Shown here: in pieces, positions 1 to 9,827 of the stretch | How the letters are laid out: every line of letters starts with the position of its first letter | Numbering within the stretch: position 1 is the first letter of the stretch | Assembly (NCBI GenBank): GCA_945875805.1 | Contig: CAMCLY010000003.1 | Location: 1-55,009 of the forward strand | Direction: 5' to 3' | Source of the DNA: an uncultured Myxococcales bacterium | Lineage (GTDB): Bacteria; Myxococcota_A; Bradymonadia; UBA4248 | Length of the DNA stretch: 55,009 nt | Notes under the pieces: model-generated | The model's input: only the letters and a program-made list of their open reading frames with translations | Databases searched by the model: none | What the model was told of the DNA's origin: nothing | Made by a program: the position numbers and the translations under genes

Positions 1-81
1 CCATGGGGAGAGGGGAGCATGCTTCATAAAAAACAAAAAGCCCTCACTCAAACCCACAAAAAGCCTCACTCAAACCCACAA

Positions 82-190
82 CGCCCCAAGCCTCACCACC
101 TCATGAAATGCGAAAGGGCCGCGCGGCATCGCCGCGTGGCCCTTTCGCATTTCGGGGGGTGTGGGGGGACTGGTCCCCCCACACAAAAAA
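82..190 (+). repeat. Intergenic palindromic element family A, copy 1
   Basis: CGCCCCAAG end, then a 49-nt hairpin at 105-153 (GAAATGCGAAAGGGCCGCGCGGC-ATC-GCCGCGTGGCCCTTTCGCATTTC), then GGGGGGACTGGTCCCCCC-ACACAAAAAA. Homologous copies at 6637, 23352 and 38830. Confidence 0.9.
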
Positions 191-198
191 CAAAAAAC

Positions 199-3036
199 TC
201 AAGACGCGTGACGTGCAAACGCGCGCAACGCGCGTCCCGTCGGGGTGTCTGCACGAGCCAGTTCGGCCGGGGTCCCGGTAAAGAGGACATGTCCCCCGTT
301 CGGTCCCCCTTCAGGCCCGAGTTCGATCACGTAATGCGACTGTGCGATCAAATCCAAGTTATGCTCAATCACCACGATGCTCGCCCCTATCTCCACCAAT
401 GCCTGCATCGACGACACCAGGTTTGCCACGTCCTGCATGTGAAGCCCCACCGTCGGTTCGTCGAATATATAAAGCGTTTCCGATGCTTCACTGCCACCGG
501 CGTCCAAATACACAGACAATCGCAGACGTTGAAACTCTCCCCCTGACAGCGTCGCCGTCGACTGACCGAGACGTACATACCCAAGCCCCACACGAATCAG
601 CGTTTGCAACGGCTTCGCCACTCCCGGTTTGTCCTTAAAAAACACACTCGCTTCATCCACCGTCATGTTCAACACATCACAAATCGTCTTGCCGCGATAG
701 GTGACCGACAACACCGCATCCACAAAACGCTTCCCCCCACAATGATCGCACGGAATCGTAATGTCGTTGAGAAACATCATCTCCACGGTGCGCACCCCCA
801 TTCCATCACAATAAGGGCACCGGCCACTCGACGAGTTGAACGAAAACCACCCGGGCGTCATCCCCGCATAAATCGCTTCGGGCATTGAGGCAAAGAGGGT
901 GCGGATCGCCGTATATGCCTTGGTCATTGTCGCCACACAGGCGCGCGCCGATCGTCCCAACGCCCCCTGCTCCATCATCACGATCTGCGAAAACGCCTCG
1001 CATCCCGTCACCACCGCCCCACCATCATAATCCGACGACACCCCGCCACTCTCTTCTTCATCCAGCACCGGGGCATGATCGTCATTCGACAGGTTCATCA
1101 TCCACGCCTGATACAGCACATCATGGATCAGCGTCGATTTGCCCGAACCGCTCACCCCCACCACCGACACGATCGTCCCCAACGGAATGTCCACGCTCAC
1201 ATCTTTAAGATTGTGAATCGTCGCATGCTCGATATGTATCGAAGGGGCCATCCTCACGACCCCGTCAAACAGCGACACGCGACGAACATCACGAAGCATG
1301 GCGCCGGTCGGCGTATCGCTTTTCACAAGACCGGCCACGTCCCCTTCATAAATGAGATGACCGCCACGTTCCCCGCCACACGGGCCGAGTTCCATCACAT
1401 AGTCCGCCTGCCGAATGACGTCCGTGTCGTGCTCCACCACGACAAGCGTGTTCCCGATTTTCTGCAACGCCTTCATCACATCAATGAGCTTCTGGCTGTC
1501 CTGTGAATGAAGCCCGGCCGTCGGCTCGTCAAGCACATAAAGCGTGTCCGTCAGACCTCGGCCCAATCCGCACGACAAATACAGACGCTGACTCTCCCCA
1601 CCAGAAAGCGTCTTGCTCTTGCGATTGAGCGTCAGATACCCAAGACCCACGCCACGCATTGTCCGAAGACGCAAAAGCGTTTCCTCCCACGGCGTCTCCG
1701 ATGCCGACGCCTTGATCGCCTCCATCGGAATCGACTCAAAAAACGCTATCGCCTCGTCCACCGTCATGCCCAGCACATCGCCAAAATGACGCTCCCCCAC
1801 AAACACGTGGCGCGCAATCAGCCCCATGCCCGTTCCGTCGCAGACCGGACACGGCGTGTACCCCCTAAACCGCGCCAACTGTATCCGGTTGGTAAACTTG
1901 TCGTTCCGCGACATCAGCATCGTAAAATACCCCATCACCCCTTCACATTCCCCATCCCCGAACTTGAGGAATGCCATCTGTTCCGGCGTCAGCGATGACA
2001 GCGGCACATCCAACGAGATCTTGTGGCGCACACACCCCTTCAACAAGCGCTCCCGACGCGCCCGTGTTTGAACCGTCCGCAACGGGATAATCGCATCCAA
2101 GTCCAACAGCGTAAGGTGCATGTTAAACACCCGGTTCCAGTCAATACCGCTCACCGACCCAAACCCCGTGCACTTGCGACACGCGCCAAGCGTCGAATTG
2201 GGATCAAAAAATTCGGGACGCAACGCCTGATATTCCGAACCACACGTGGCACACGTCAGACGCCGATCGAACGCCAGTGTCCTCACCTGACCGTCATCCC
2301 CAAGAACGTCGACATACGCCCGGCCGTCCCCAAGCCTGAACGCATCCTCAAGCGCCTCCGCCATGCGACCGTCCACCCCCGTCTCCGGTTTGAACACAAG
2401 ACGGTCAATCACCACCGAAAACTTCCGCGCATCCAACAGACGCTCGATCTCACCCTCGCCCAGTTCCACGATCTTGTGGTCAAGCCATAACCGCTGATAC
2501 CCCCCCACCGCAAGGGCAGAAAGACGCTGCGCCGCACTCTCCCCTTCCATCAGAAGGACATCCACATACAAAATGAGCTTGAGTTTCCCCCCCAACGCGC
2601 TCAATCGCCGCGCGATTTCGCGATTGGTATCCCGACGCACTTCGCCAAAACACCGGTGACACCGATGCACCCCGAGATTCGCAAACAGTTGAGCCATGTG
2701 CACAAGCAACTCCGTCACCGTCGCCACCGTCGAGCGAGGATGATCAAAACTGCTCTGTTGACGAAGCGCAATCGAAGGAAGACAATTCTCCACATGATCG
2801 ATCGGAGGCTTCGGCATCTCGTCAAGAAACATACGGACATACGTCGACATCGATTCCAAAAAACGACGTTGCCCCTCGGCATACAGCGAGTCAAACGCAA
2901 GACTCGACTTGCCCGATCCACTCACCCCTGTCAGCACCGTCAACGAACGCATCGGGATATGACACGACAGGTTCTTGAGATTGTTCGTCCGAACTCCCGT
3001 CAGGGATATACTCTCTGGCCGCTTTGATATCGTCAT
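199..3036 (-). CDS. uvrA: Excinuclease ABC subunit A (UvrA family), 945 aa
   Basis: Two ABC ATPase modules (GVSGSGKS twice, LSGGE signatures, LDEPT/FDEPT), SLAFDSLYAEGQRRFLES, and CxxC zinc-binding motifs. Confidence 0.93.
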   Translation of the reverse strand: MTISKRPESISLTGVRTNNLKNLSCHIPMRSLTVLTGVSGSGKSSLAFDSLYAEGQRRFLESMSTYVRMFLDEMPKPPIDHVENCLPSIALRQQSSFDHPRSTVATVTELLVHMAQLFANLGVHRCHRCFGEVRRDTNREIARRLSALGGKLKLILYVDVLLMEGESAAQRLSALAVGGYQRLWLDHKIVELGEGEIERLLDARKFSVVIDRLVFKPETGVDGRMAEALEDAFRLGDGRAYVDVLGDDGQVRTLAFDRRLTCATCGSEYQALRPEFFDPNSTLGACRKCTGFGSVSGIDWNRVFNMHLTLLDLDAIIPLRTVQTRARRERLLKGCVRHKISLDVPLSSLTPEQMAFLKFGDGECEGVMGYFTMLMSRNDKFTNRIQLARFRGYTPCPVCDGTGMGLIARHVFVGERHFGDVLGMTVDEAIAFFESIPMEAIKASASETPWEETLLRLRTMRGVGLGYLTLNRKSKTLSGGESQRLYLSCGLGRGLTDTLYVLDEPTAGLHSQDSQKLIDVMKALQKIGNTLVVVEHDTDVIRQADYVMELGPCGGERGGHLIYEGDVAGLVKSDTPTGAMLRDVRRVSLFDGVVRMAPSIHIEHATIHNLKDVSVDIPLGTIVSVVGVSGSGKSTLIHDVLYQAWMMNLSNDDHAPVLDEEESGGVSSDYDGGAVVTGCEAFSQIVMMEQGALGRSARACVATMTKAYTAIRTLFASMPEAIYAGMTPGWFSFNSSSGRCPYCDGMGVRTVEMMFLNDITIPCDHCGGKRFVDAVLSVTYRGKTICDVLNMTVDEASVFFKDKPGVAKPLQTLIRVGLGYVRLGQSTATLSGGEFQRLRLSVYLDAGGSEASETLYIFDEPTVGLHMQDVANLVSSMQALVEIGASIVVIEHNLDLIAQSHYVIELGPEGGPNGGHVLFTGTPAELARADTPTGRALRAFARHAS

Positions 3037-3202
3037 CGCCTCGTCACTCTGTCAAAATCTGAAGTTTTCGACCCGCATGGATGACCCAAAGGACACATCA
3101 TCCCCGGGCAATGTTCCTTGCAAAAAAATATCGGCTGTGTTTTGAGCCGCGCGGCGCGCTGTATATCCAACTTTGCCACAGACTGCGCTGTTTTTTCTCC
3201 CC

Positions 3203-4216
3203 ATGGCGTTTCCAAACGACAAAACGCCTCACCTCTCACAAGGATCGCACGGCGTGCTCGACAACACTTTCACGCTTTTTCAAACCTATACCGTTCTGGA
3301 ACCCACGCGGCTCGATCTCTCCATCGCCGCCCAATGTCCCCTCTGGACGCGCGCGCAACTCAAGCGCGTCATCGACGCCGGGGCCGTACAAGTCAACCAA
3401 AAGACGTGCACCAAACCCGCGCAAAAGCTCTCGCCCGGCGATCGCGTCACCTACCCTATGCCTTCGCTCGACCCCGAAGCGCCTCCCAAACCCGAGGACG
3501 GCATCAAACTCGACATTCTCTACCAGGACGATGACCTCTTCGTCATCGACAAGCCCTCCGGGCTCGTCGTCCATCCGGGCGCAGGAAACCCCCACCACAC
3601 CCTCGTCAACGCCCTCCTGAGCCTCGACCCGGCCATCGCCCGCATCGGAGACCCCATGCGCCCGGGCATCGTCCACCGACTCGATGCCCCCACCAGCGGA
3701 CTCCTCCTCGTCGCCCGATCCCCACGCGCATACGACGCCCTCACCGACATGTTCGCCCGGCACGACATCCACCGGCAATACTGGGCGATATGTCTCGCCC
3801 CCAAACTCCAGGACCACGGCACCTTCGACACCCCATACGGACGGCATCCCACCCAGCGCGTCAAATACTCCTCCCGATTCGACGCCCCCAAACGCGCCAT
3901 CACACACTTCACCACCGTCGACCGAAACGCGCAGGGATTCGCCCTCGTCACATGCCTCCTCGAAACCGGACGCACACACCAAGTCCGGGTACACCTCAGC
4001 GAACACGGCGCACCCATCCTCGGCGACGACCTCTATGCCCCTGCCCCCATAGCCCGACACAAGGCCATCCCAAGACTCGCCCTCCACGCGCAACACCTCA
4101 CCTTCAACCACCCCATCTCAAACACCCCCTGCAGCTTCTCCTCCCCCTTCCCGGAAGACTTCTCCATGGCCCTCCAAAAACTCGGACTCCACCTCCCACC
4201 CAACCTTTCTCCCTGA
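3203..4216 (+). CDS. rluD: RluA/RluD-family 23S rRNA pseudouridine synthase
   Basis: N-terminal S4-like region, DKPSGLVVHPG, RPGIVHRLD (catalytic Asp), LETGRTHQVRVH, PILGDDLY, LALHA. Start codon uncertain (3173 TTG or 3203 ATG). Confidence 0.88.
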   Translation: MAFPNDKTPHLSQGSHGVLDNTFTLFQTYTVLEPTRLDLSIAAQCPLWTRAQLKRVIDAGAVQVNQKTCTKPAQKLSPGDRVTYPMPSLDPEAPPKPEDGIKLDILYQDDDLFVIDKPSGLVVHPGAGNPHHTLVNALLSLDPAIARIGDPMRPGIVHRLDAPTSGLLLVARSPRAYDALTDMFARHDIHRQYWAICLAPKLQDHGTFDTPYGRHPTQRVKYSSRFDAPKRAITHFTTVDRNAQGFALVTCLLETGRTHQVRVHLSEHGAPILGDDLYAPAPIARHKAIPRLALHAQHLTFNHPISNTPCSFSSPFPEDFSMALQKLGLHLPPNLSP

Positions 4217-4236
4217 CCCCGCCAAACTCCCGACCA

Positions 4237-4320
4237 CCCCTCCGTGAGGGGGGCGGCGCGTATTGAGGCCACGCCGAAATAGCGACGTTGGGGGGACACT
4301 TCCCCCCCCACACAAAAAAA
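4237..4320 (-). repeat. Intergenic element family B: bulged CGTAT/ATAG hairpin plus GGGGG-CCCCC hairpin
   Basis: CGTATT-GA-GGC-CAC-GCC-GA-AATAG followed by GGGGGGACACTTCCCCCCCACACAAAAAAA. Same layout at 6069, 31151, 47300 and 54955. Confidence 0.75.
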
Positions 4321-4342
4321 CGCACGTCAAGGAAATACCCCC

Positions 4343-6055
4343 ATGAGTGAACCCATATCCATGATCGGCGCCGTCATTTATGACGCAAAACGATTCGCCA
4401 CCATCGCAAACGTCCTGCGAAAATTCGGCTTCACCAACCTCGTCAACGTCCTCAAAACAGGCATCGCCGGAGACGCACGTTCCTCCCAGGAAATCCTCTC
4501 CTCGTTTAAAGAAAAACCCACCGACATGGCCGCAAGGCTGCGCGGCGTCATCGAGGAACTCGGCACGACGTACATCAAATTCGGACAGATGCTCTCCACG
4601 CGATACGATCTGCTTCCTAAAGAAATCATCACAGAACTTTCAAAACTCCAGGACGCTTCACCGCAAATCCCATTCGACACCGTCGAGAAAATTCTGAACG
4701 ACGCATACGGCAACTACCACGACGTCTTTGCCGAACTCGATCCCGTCCCGCTCGGCTCGGCCTCGATCGCACAGGTCCACAGAGGCGTTACCACTCAGGG
4801 CGAACGCGTCGTCGTCAAAGTGCAAAGGCCAAATCTGCTGCCGCTGATACGAAGCGATATCGACATCCTCAACCTCATCGCCCGCGTCTTTGACGACAAC
4901 ATCGAGGAAATCGCCTACTTCAACCTCCCCGCCCTCATCGCCGAATTTGAACGCGCCACCATCTCCGAACTCAATTTCAACCGCGAACGCGAAAACATCG
5001 CCTACTTCATCCAGCAGTACGGCAACCGGCCCATGTTCGCCTTCCCCGAGCCGCTCGACGCGCTCAGCCGACAGAACATCCTCGTCATGCGCGAATTGCG
5101 CGGACAAAAAATCACCGACCTCCCACACGACGACCCCAACGCCAAAATCATGGCCGACGAAATCCTCGCCATCGCCTTCGACATGGTCTTCCGCGACGGC
5201 GTCTTTCACGGCGACCCGCACCCGGGAAACGTCCTCGCCACCCAGGACGGAAAAATTGGACTCCTCGACTTCGGACTCGTCGGAACTTTCACCAAACGAC
5301 AACGCCAGGACTTCATGCGCCTCGTCATCGCCGTCCAGGCCGGCGACAACGCCCTCGTCGCACGCACCCTCCTCTCCCTCGGACACCCCACCCGACGCGT
5401 CATCCTCGCCAACCTCGAGGCCGAAATCGCACGCATCCTGCAAAAATACCTCAAATCCTCCCTGAAAAATCTCGACATCGCCGCCTTCGCCGCGGACTTC
5501 ATCGCCGCCGGACAAACCTTCGGCGTCCAAATCCCCTCCGAATTCACCAACGCCGTGCGCGCCCTCATCAGCCTCGAAGGCATCATCCAATACCTCAACC
5601 CAGACCTCGATCTCGTCGACACCCTCGGACAGTTCTCCCGAAAACTCCTCGCCAACGGCATCGATCAAAAAAACCTCGCCACCACCCTCCTCTCCGACTT
5701 CTTCAACGTTCGCGATTTCGCCGCCGAACTCCCCTCCCACATCGTCCAGTTCACCCAGGACCTCGAACACGACGGGCTCGCCATTCGACACAACCCCGCC
5801 GACATGGCCCCCATCACCGACGCCATCAACACCGCGTCCTTCCGAATCGCCATCTCCCTCATGCTCTCCGCATTCACCTTGGCCTTCCTCATGGCTGACC
5901 CCAAAATGAACCTCCTCTTCGACATCGCCCTCATCCTCGACCTCCTCTGGTGCATCGTCCTCGTCTGCGCGTTCCTCCAAAAACGCACATCCCGCCGAAA
6001 AATCCGCGTCCAACCCTTCCTCACGAGAATGCGGCGCCGCCAAAGTTGGTTCTAG
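4343..6055 (+). CDS. ABC1/UbiB (AarF) family atypical kinase, 570 aa
   Basis: LGTTYIKFGQMLSTRYDLLP, PLGSASIAQVH, VVVKVQRP, FHGDPHPGN, LLDFGLVG, and two C-terminal TM helices. Confidence 0.92.
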   Translation: MSEPISMIGAVIYDAKRFATIANVLRKFGFTNLVNVLKTGIAGDARSSQEILSSFKEKPTDMAARLRGVIEELGTTYIKFGQMLSTRYDLLPKEIITELSKLQDASPQIPFDTVEKILNDAYGNYHDVFAELDPVPLGSASIAQVHRGVTTQGERVVVKVQRPNLLPLIRSDIDILNLIARVFDDNIEEIAYFNLPALIAEFERATISELNFNRERENIAYFIQQYGNRPMFAFPEPLDALSRQNILVMRELRGQKITDLPHDDPNAKIMADEILAIAFDMVFRDGVFHGDPHPGNVLATQDGKIGLLDFGLVGTFTKRQRQDFMRLVIAVQAGDNALVARTLLSLGHPTRRVILANLEAEIARILQKYLKSSLKNLDIAAFAADFIAAGQTFGVQIPSEFTNAVRALISLEGIIQYLNPDLDLVDTLGQFSRKLLANGIDQKNLATTLLSDFFNVRDFAAELPSHIVQFTQDLEHDGLAIRHNPADMAPITDAINTASFRIAISLMLSAFTLAFLMADPKMNLLFDIALILDLLWCIVLVCAFLQKRTSRRKIRVQPFLTRMRRRQSWF

Positions 6056-6068
6056 ATTCAGACACGGC

Positions 6069-6148
6069 TTTTTTGGGGAGGGGGAAGTCTCCCCCTGCGC
6101 GTCTATGTGCTCAGGCCTCCGGCCTTGCGCGCATACGACGCGACCCCC
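6069..6148 (+). repeat. Intergenic element family B copy
   Basis: TTTTTTGGGGAGGGGGAAGTCTCCCCCT, then CGCGT-CTAT...ATACG-ACGCG bulged hairpin at about 6098-6142. Confidence 0.75.
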
Positions 6149-6264
6149 TCCGCTCCACGCAAATTCTCATCTCCTTACCCACGCTTGCACTGACAGGCAT
6201 TTTCTGGTTTACATCCGCCGCCGGTCCTTGCCGGAAAATCGCACCCGCATGATTAGAGGTCTCC

Positions 6265-6636
6265 ATGAAATACATCCCATTCTTCGCTTTGCTCATCCCG
6301 ACCGCCCTGGCCGGATGCACCGCCTCCATCGGAGACAGTTGCGACACATCCAACGACTGCCCATCCGGACTCGTCTGCGATACCGATTCCCCCTCCGGAT
6401 ACTGCCTCGCCACAGGGTGCGAATTCGACGAGGAATGCCCCGAAAACTCCGTCTGCGTCGCCTTCACGGACTCCCTTCGCTACTGCCTCAAAAAATGTAA
6501 AAAAGATAGCGACTGCCGCAGCAAATACACATGCCGAGACGACATCGGCCCCTCCAAATTCTGCTACGTCGCCCCCGAATACCCCTACGGACGCGACCCC
6601 AATAACGAAGTCGATTTTTCTATCTCCGAACCATAG
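6265..6636 (+). CDS. Small cysteine-rich lipoprotein, 123 aa
   Basis: GAGGT RBS, lipobox ALAGC, repeated CxxDxDC motifs typical of myxobacterial Cys-rich proteins. Confidence 0.85.
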   Translation: MKYIPFFALLIPTALAGCTASIGDSCDTSNDCPSGLVCDTDSPSGYCLATGCEFDEECPENSVCVAFTDSLRYCLKKCKKDSDCRSKYTCRDDIGPSKFCYVAPEYPYGRDPNNEVDFSISEP

Positions 6637-6746
6637 TTTTTTTGTGTGGGGGACCAGTCCCCCCACGCCCCCCGAAAAGCGAACAGGGCACATGGCTACG
6701 CCATGCGCCCTGTTCGCTTTTCATGCGGTGGTGAGGCTTGGGGCGT
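6637..6746 (-). repeat. Palindromic element family A, copy 2 (inverted)
   Basis: TTTTGTGTGGGGGACCAGTCCCCCC, 49-nt hairpin at 6674-6722, GTGAGGCTTGGGGCG. Confidence 0.9.
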
Positions 6747-6785
6747 CGTGAAAGTGAAGCCTTTTTGCGCGTTTTGGAGAGTTTT

Positions 6786-6915
6786 TTGTTTTTGCCTGAG
6801 CTTATCGCAGGTTTAGAGGGGCTTTTGTTTTTGGCCTGAGCTTATCGCGGGTTTAGAGGGGCTTTTGTTTTTGGCCTGAGCTTATCGCGGGTTTAGAGGG
6901 GCTTTTTTTTGGCCT
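6786..6915. repeat. Tandem repeat, 40-bp unit x3
   Basis: GGCCTGAGCTTATCGCGGGTTTAGAGGGGCTTTTGTTTTT with CCTGAG ending at 6800, 6840 and 6880. No spacers. Confidence 0.92.
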
Positions 6916-7021
6916 TGGCCTTTCGCGAGTGCAGGGGGAGAGCTTTTGGAGTTGATGAAGCATGTTTCCCGACCATTCCCCTTCCCTACCCCCCCCTGTC
7001 CCCTCATAAGTCATGATATAC

Positions 7022-7057
7022 AAAAACGCCCGCGCGGTGATGCCGCGTGGGCGTTTT
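7022..7057 (-). terminator. Probable intrinsic (possibly bidirectional) terminator downstream of rubrerythrin
   Basis: AAAAACGCCCGCGCGG-TGATG-CCGCGTGGGCGTTTT hairpin flanked by A/T tracts. Confidence 0.65.
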
Positions 7058-7111
7058 CACATGCCATGTGAGCGAGTGGGGAGACTTTGGGTTCCCCGAC
7101 AAACAGACAAA

Positions 7112-7681
7112 TTATTTGCCAAAATATCGTTTGAGGAGACCTTCAAAGGCCTTGCCGTGACGGGCTTCGTCGCGAGCCATTTCGTGCACGGAATCATGAA
7201 TGGCGTCGAGATTGTATTTTTTGGCGAGTTTGGCAAGTTCGGTTTTGCCGGCAGTGGCACCATTTTCGGCTTCGACACGCAACTCGAGGTTTTTCTTGGT
7301 AGAGGTGGTCACGACTTCACCCAAGAGTTCGGCAAATTTGGCCGCATGTTCGGCTTCTTCATAAGCCGCTTTTTCCCAGTAAAGACCAATTTCGGGATAC
7401 CCTTCGCGATGGGCCACACGCGCCATGGCCAGGTACATACCGACTTCGGTGCACTCGCCGTTAAAATTGGCCTTCAGACCATCAATGATCTCTTTCTGAA
7501 CCTCTTCGGGCACATCGGCCCCAAACTGTTTGCCCACGCCCACCACGTGTTCAGCCGCCCAAGCACGTTCTTCTTTTTGTTCGACAAATTTTGAACCGGG
7601 GACCTTGCATTGAGGGCAAAATTCGGGGGGATTGTCGCCTTCATGAACATAACCGCAAACAGGACATACCCATTTTTTCAT
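7112..7681 (-). CDS. rbr: Reverse rubrerythrin (NADH peroxidase), 189 aa
   Basis: N-terminal rubredoxin-like CPVCGY...CPQC followed by a ferritin-like di-iron domain ([21 protein letters not shown]). Confidence 0.93.
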   Translation of the reverse strand: MKKWVCPVCGYVHEGDNPPEFCPQCKVPGSKFVEQKEERAWAAEHVVGVGKQFGADVPEEVQKEIIDGLKANFNGECTEVGMYLAMARVAHREGYPEIGLYWEKAAYEEAEHAAKFAELLGEVVTTSTKKNLELRVEAENGATAGKTELAKLAKKYNLDAIHDSVHEMARDEARHGKAFEGLLKRYFGK

Positions 7682-8030
7682 CGCATCTTCTCCTTATGCC
7701 TGAGTTCTGCTTCTGTGTTTGTTCCTCACAGACAGCAACCATGCCGCACCCTCGTGCGAACAACGGTAAAAGCGAGTTGTATCACGACCAAATGCTTAAG
7801 GTGAGCTTTTTTTGGGGAAACCAAGTTCCCTTTGCGCATGTCATGAAGTGATAAGGCTTGGGTACGTCGCGTAAACGAAACCTTTTGATGGGGTTGGCGA
7901 TGACCTTTCAAGTTTGACCCTGGCGAAGGCGAGGTGGCGGTTTTGGTATGTGCGAAATTTTCTGGGTGTGCCCTATTCTATAGGTGAAAAATTTCTGTGT
8001 GTGATGTCACAAGCCAAACGGAGGTCCATG

Positions 8031-9827
8031 ATGCACGACTATGAACCCAGGAGTCACAAGACTAAAAAAACAAGGCTGGAAAGCAAAAGGCAAATTTACA
8101 CAAACGACAGGCGTAGAACTCGCTCCAAAGGGATGAGACAGGAACACACCGTTGTTCCCAATGAACCCCAAAGTCCTCAGTCCTCCGGGGAAAAGAAACC
8201 CCAGCCCATAGAGGTCCAAATTTCCTGTCTCGCCGTCCTGGAGTGGATCTGGAATGAACTGATCAAGCGCCTCTGCGCTCCAGAACGTCACGAGGCGTTA
8301 CAAGGCTCCATGCGTGCACGTCCTTCCGTGATGGTACGTCCGGAATTGCAATCCTCAGGAATACAGGCACAAGCCATCGAAGGCAAAACCATCGAAATCG
8401 CCAGAGAAGAAGACGTCCTCGACGCGTCTCTGATGAAACACGAGGCCAGACACATTGTGCAACAACGCCTGTCCAAACATCATGCAGAGAAATCCCATCA
8501 AAATCGCGACAAAGCAGAATCCGAGGCTGACCAAATGGATGCCACATTGTCACCGTGCTCCATCCCCGTCTTACGTCGCGAAAACCCATATACCGAAGAC
8601 AACGAACAAAGCGATTATCTCAGAGAAAAGAAGGCATTCTCTTTCACTCCGAAACTCGCCAAGCTCGGTCAATCCCCCATGAAATTGCCATCGAGACTCG
8701 AACAAATCAAAAAGGAGCCCAGATTTCAGGATGCTCTTGAGCAGTTATCCCGATATCCCATGGGGCACGGAGAATATCTGGTAGAAGGCAAGATGACCCG
8801 CAATCCTCTCGTGCTTGAAGTACAGCAACGTCTCTATGAACTTGGATACCTCGAAAAAGGCATGGACGGCAGTTATGTAGAATACCAGCGAAACGGAGAC
8901 CCAGGGACCACTTTTATGGCCATTCAGAAATACCAGAAGGCAAACGGACTCCCGCCAACGGGAAAAGTGGATCGAGACACCATGTTGCTGTTGATTTACG
9001 ATGTCCCGCAAATGCGCCTGGGGCGGCTGTCGGCCGCCTTTGAATCCAAGACGGATGGAATCTATGCGATAGGCTGGGACAAGGAAGGCGGAACCTCCTA
9101 CGGACGAACACAGTTTTCATCTCGAAAGGGCATCATGGATGAGTTCGTGCGCTATCTTTACAAACAAGGTGGCAAAGCACAGCAAGTCGCAATGGAGTTT
9201 GAAAGTTCCCGATGGCCGGAAGGACGCACGGACTCATACACCAAAGAAAAAAACGCATACGATTTTGATTGTGAAAAACCAGAGGAAAAACGACATGGTC
9301 ATGAAAAATATATATGCCTGAACCGATACGACAAAGGGGCGTATGCCACCCCAAAAACACAAAGCACCGGAAAGATGACCCCTATCGATGTTTGGCAAAA
9401 ACACGCCCCTTTCCTCAATCAGTATGCTGAGGAATTTAAAATTGAAAAATACTACACAAAACCAATGAAAGAGGCTAGAAACGAATGGGGTAAATACACA
9501 GAACTATGGGATATGATTGAATGTACGGAAACGCTTCAGGAAGTCTTTTTATCAACGGCTATTCAACACGGTCAATACGGGGTAATCAATATATTTATCA
9601 CGGCTTACAAGAGAACAACTCAGCAAACAAAGGATACCCATCTCTTCTCAAACAAAGCGAGTAAGAGCAAGAAATTAAAAACATTTATAAACCCAAGCAA
9701 CTTTATAAAAGAAATATACTTAGAGAGAAATTCAAAAAGCAACATCAAAACAAGCCGTTATAACACAGAAAACCAGTTAGCACAGCAAATGTACGACATG
9801 GAGACTTTATATGACACCGCTCATTAG
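8031..9827 (+). CDS. Putative eCIS-type effector: DUF4157-like core, peptidoglycan-binding domain and VgrG3-like lysozyme-fold toxin
   Basis: GGAGGT RBS before ATG 8031. LMKHEARHIVQQR...AESEAD (DUF4157-like); VLEVQQRLYELGY...TFMAIQKYQKANGLPPTGKVDRDT (PG_binding_1); LGRLSAAFES...GGTSYGRTQFSS...STAIQHG (VgrG3-C-like). Confidence 0.75.
   Translation: MHDYEPRSHKTKKTRLESKRQIYTNDRRRTRSKGMRQEHTVVPNEPQSPQSSGEKKPQPIEVQISCLAVLEWIWNELIKRLCAPERHEALQGSMRARPSVMVRPELQSSGIQAQAIEGKTIEIAREEDVLDASLMKHEARHIVQQRLSKHHAEKSHQNRDKAESEADQMDATLSPCSIPVLRRENPYTEDNEQSDYLREKKAFSFTPKLAKLGQSPMKLPSRLEQIKKEPRFQDALEQLSRYPMGHGEYLVEGKMTRNPLVLEVQQRLYELGYLEKGMDGSYVEYQRNGDPGTTFMAIQKYQKANGLPPTGKVDRDTMLLLIYDVPQMRLGRLSAAFESKTDGIYAIGWDKEGGTSYGRTQFSSRKGIMDEFVRYLYKQGGKAQQVAMEFESSRWPEGRTDSYTKEKNAYDFDCEKPEEKRHGHEKYICLNRYDKGAYATPKTQSTGKMTPIDVWQKHAPFLNQYAEEFKIEKYYTKPMKEARNEWGKYTELWDMIECTETLQEVFLSTAIQHGQYGVINIFITAYKRTTQQTKDTHLFSNKASKSKKLKTFINPSNFIKEIYLERNSKSNIKTSRYNTENQLAQQMYDMETLYDTAH

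Noticed and set aside
3150-3185. SOS/LexA box upstream of uvrA (CTGT...ACAG)
   Set aside because: The spacer is about 15 nt rather than the 8 nt of the E. coli box, and no other recognisable LexA motif was seen.
6786-6915. Possible CRISPR array (also 43313-43384)
   Set aside because: Repeats are directly abutting with no unique spacers, and no cas genes are present.
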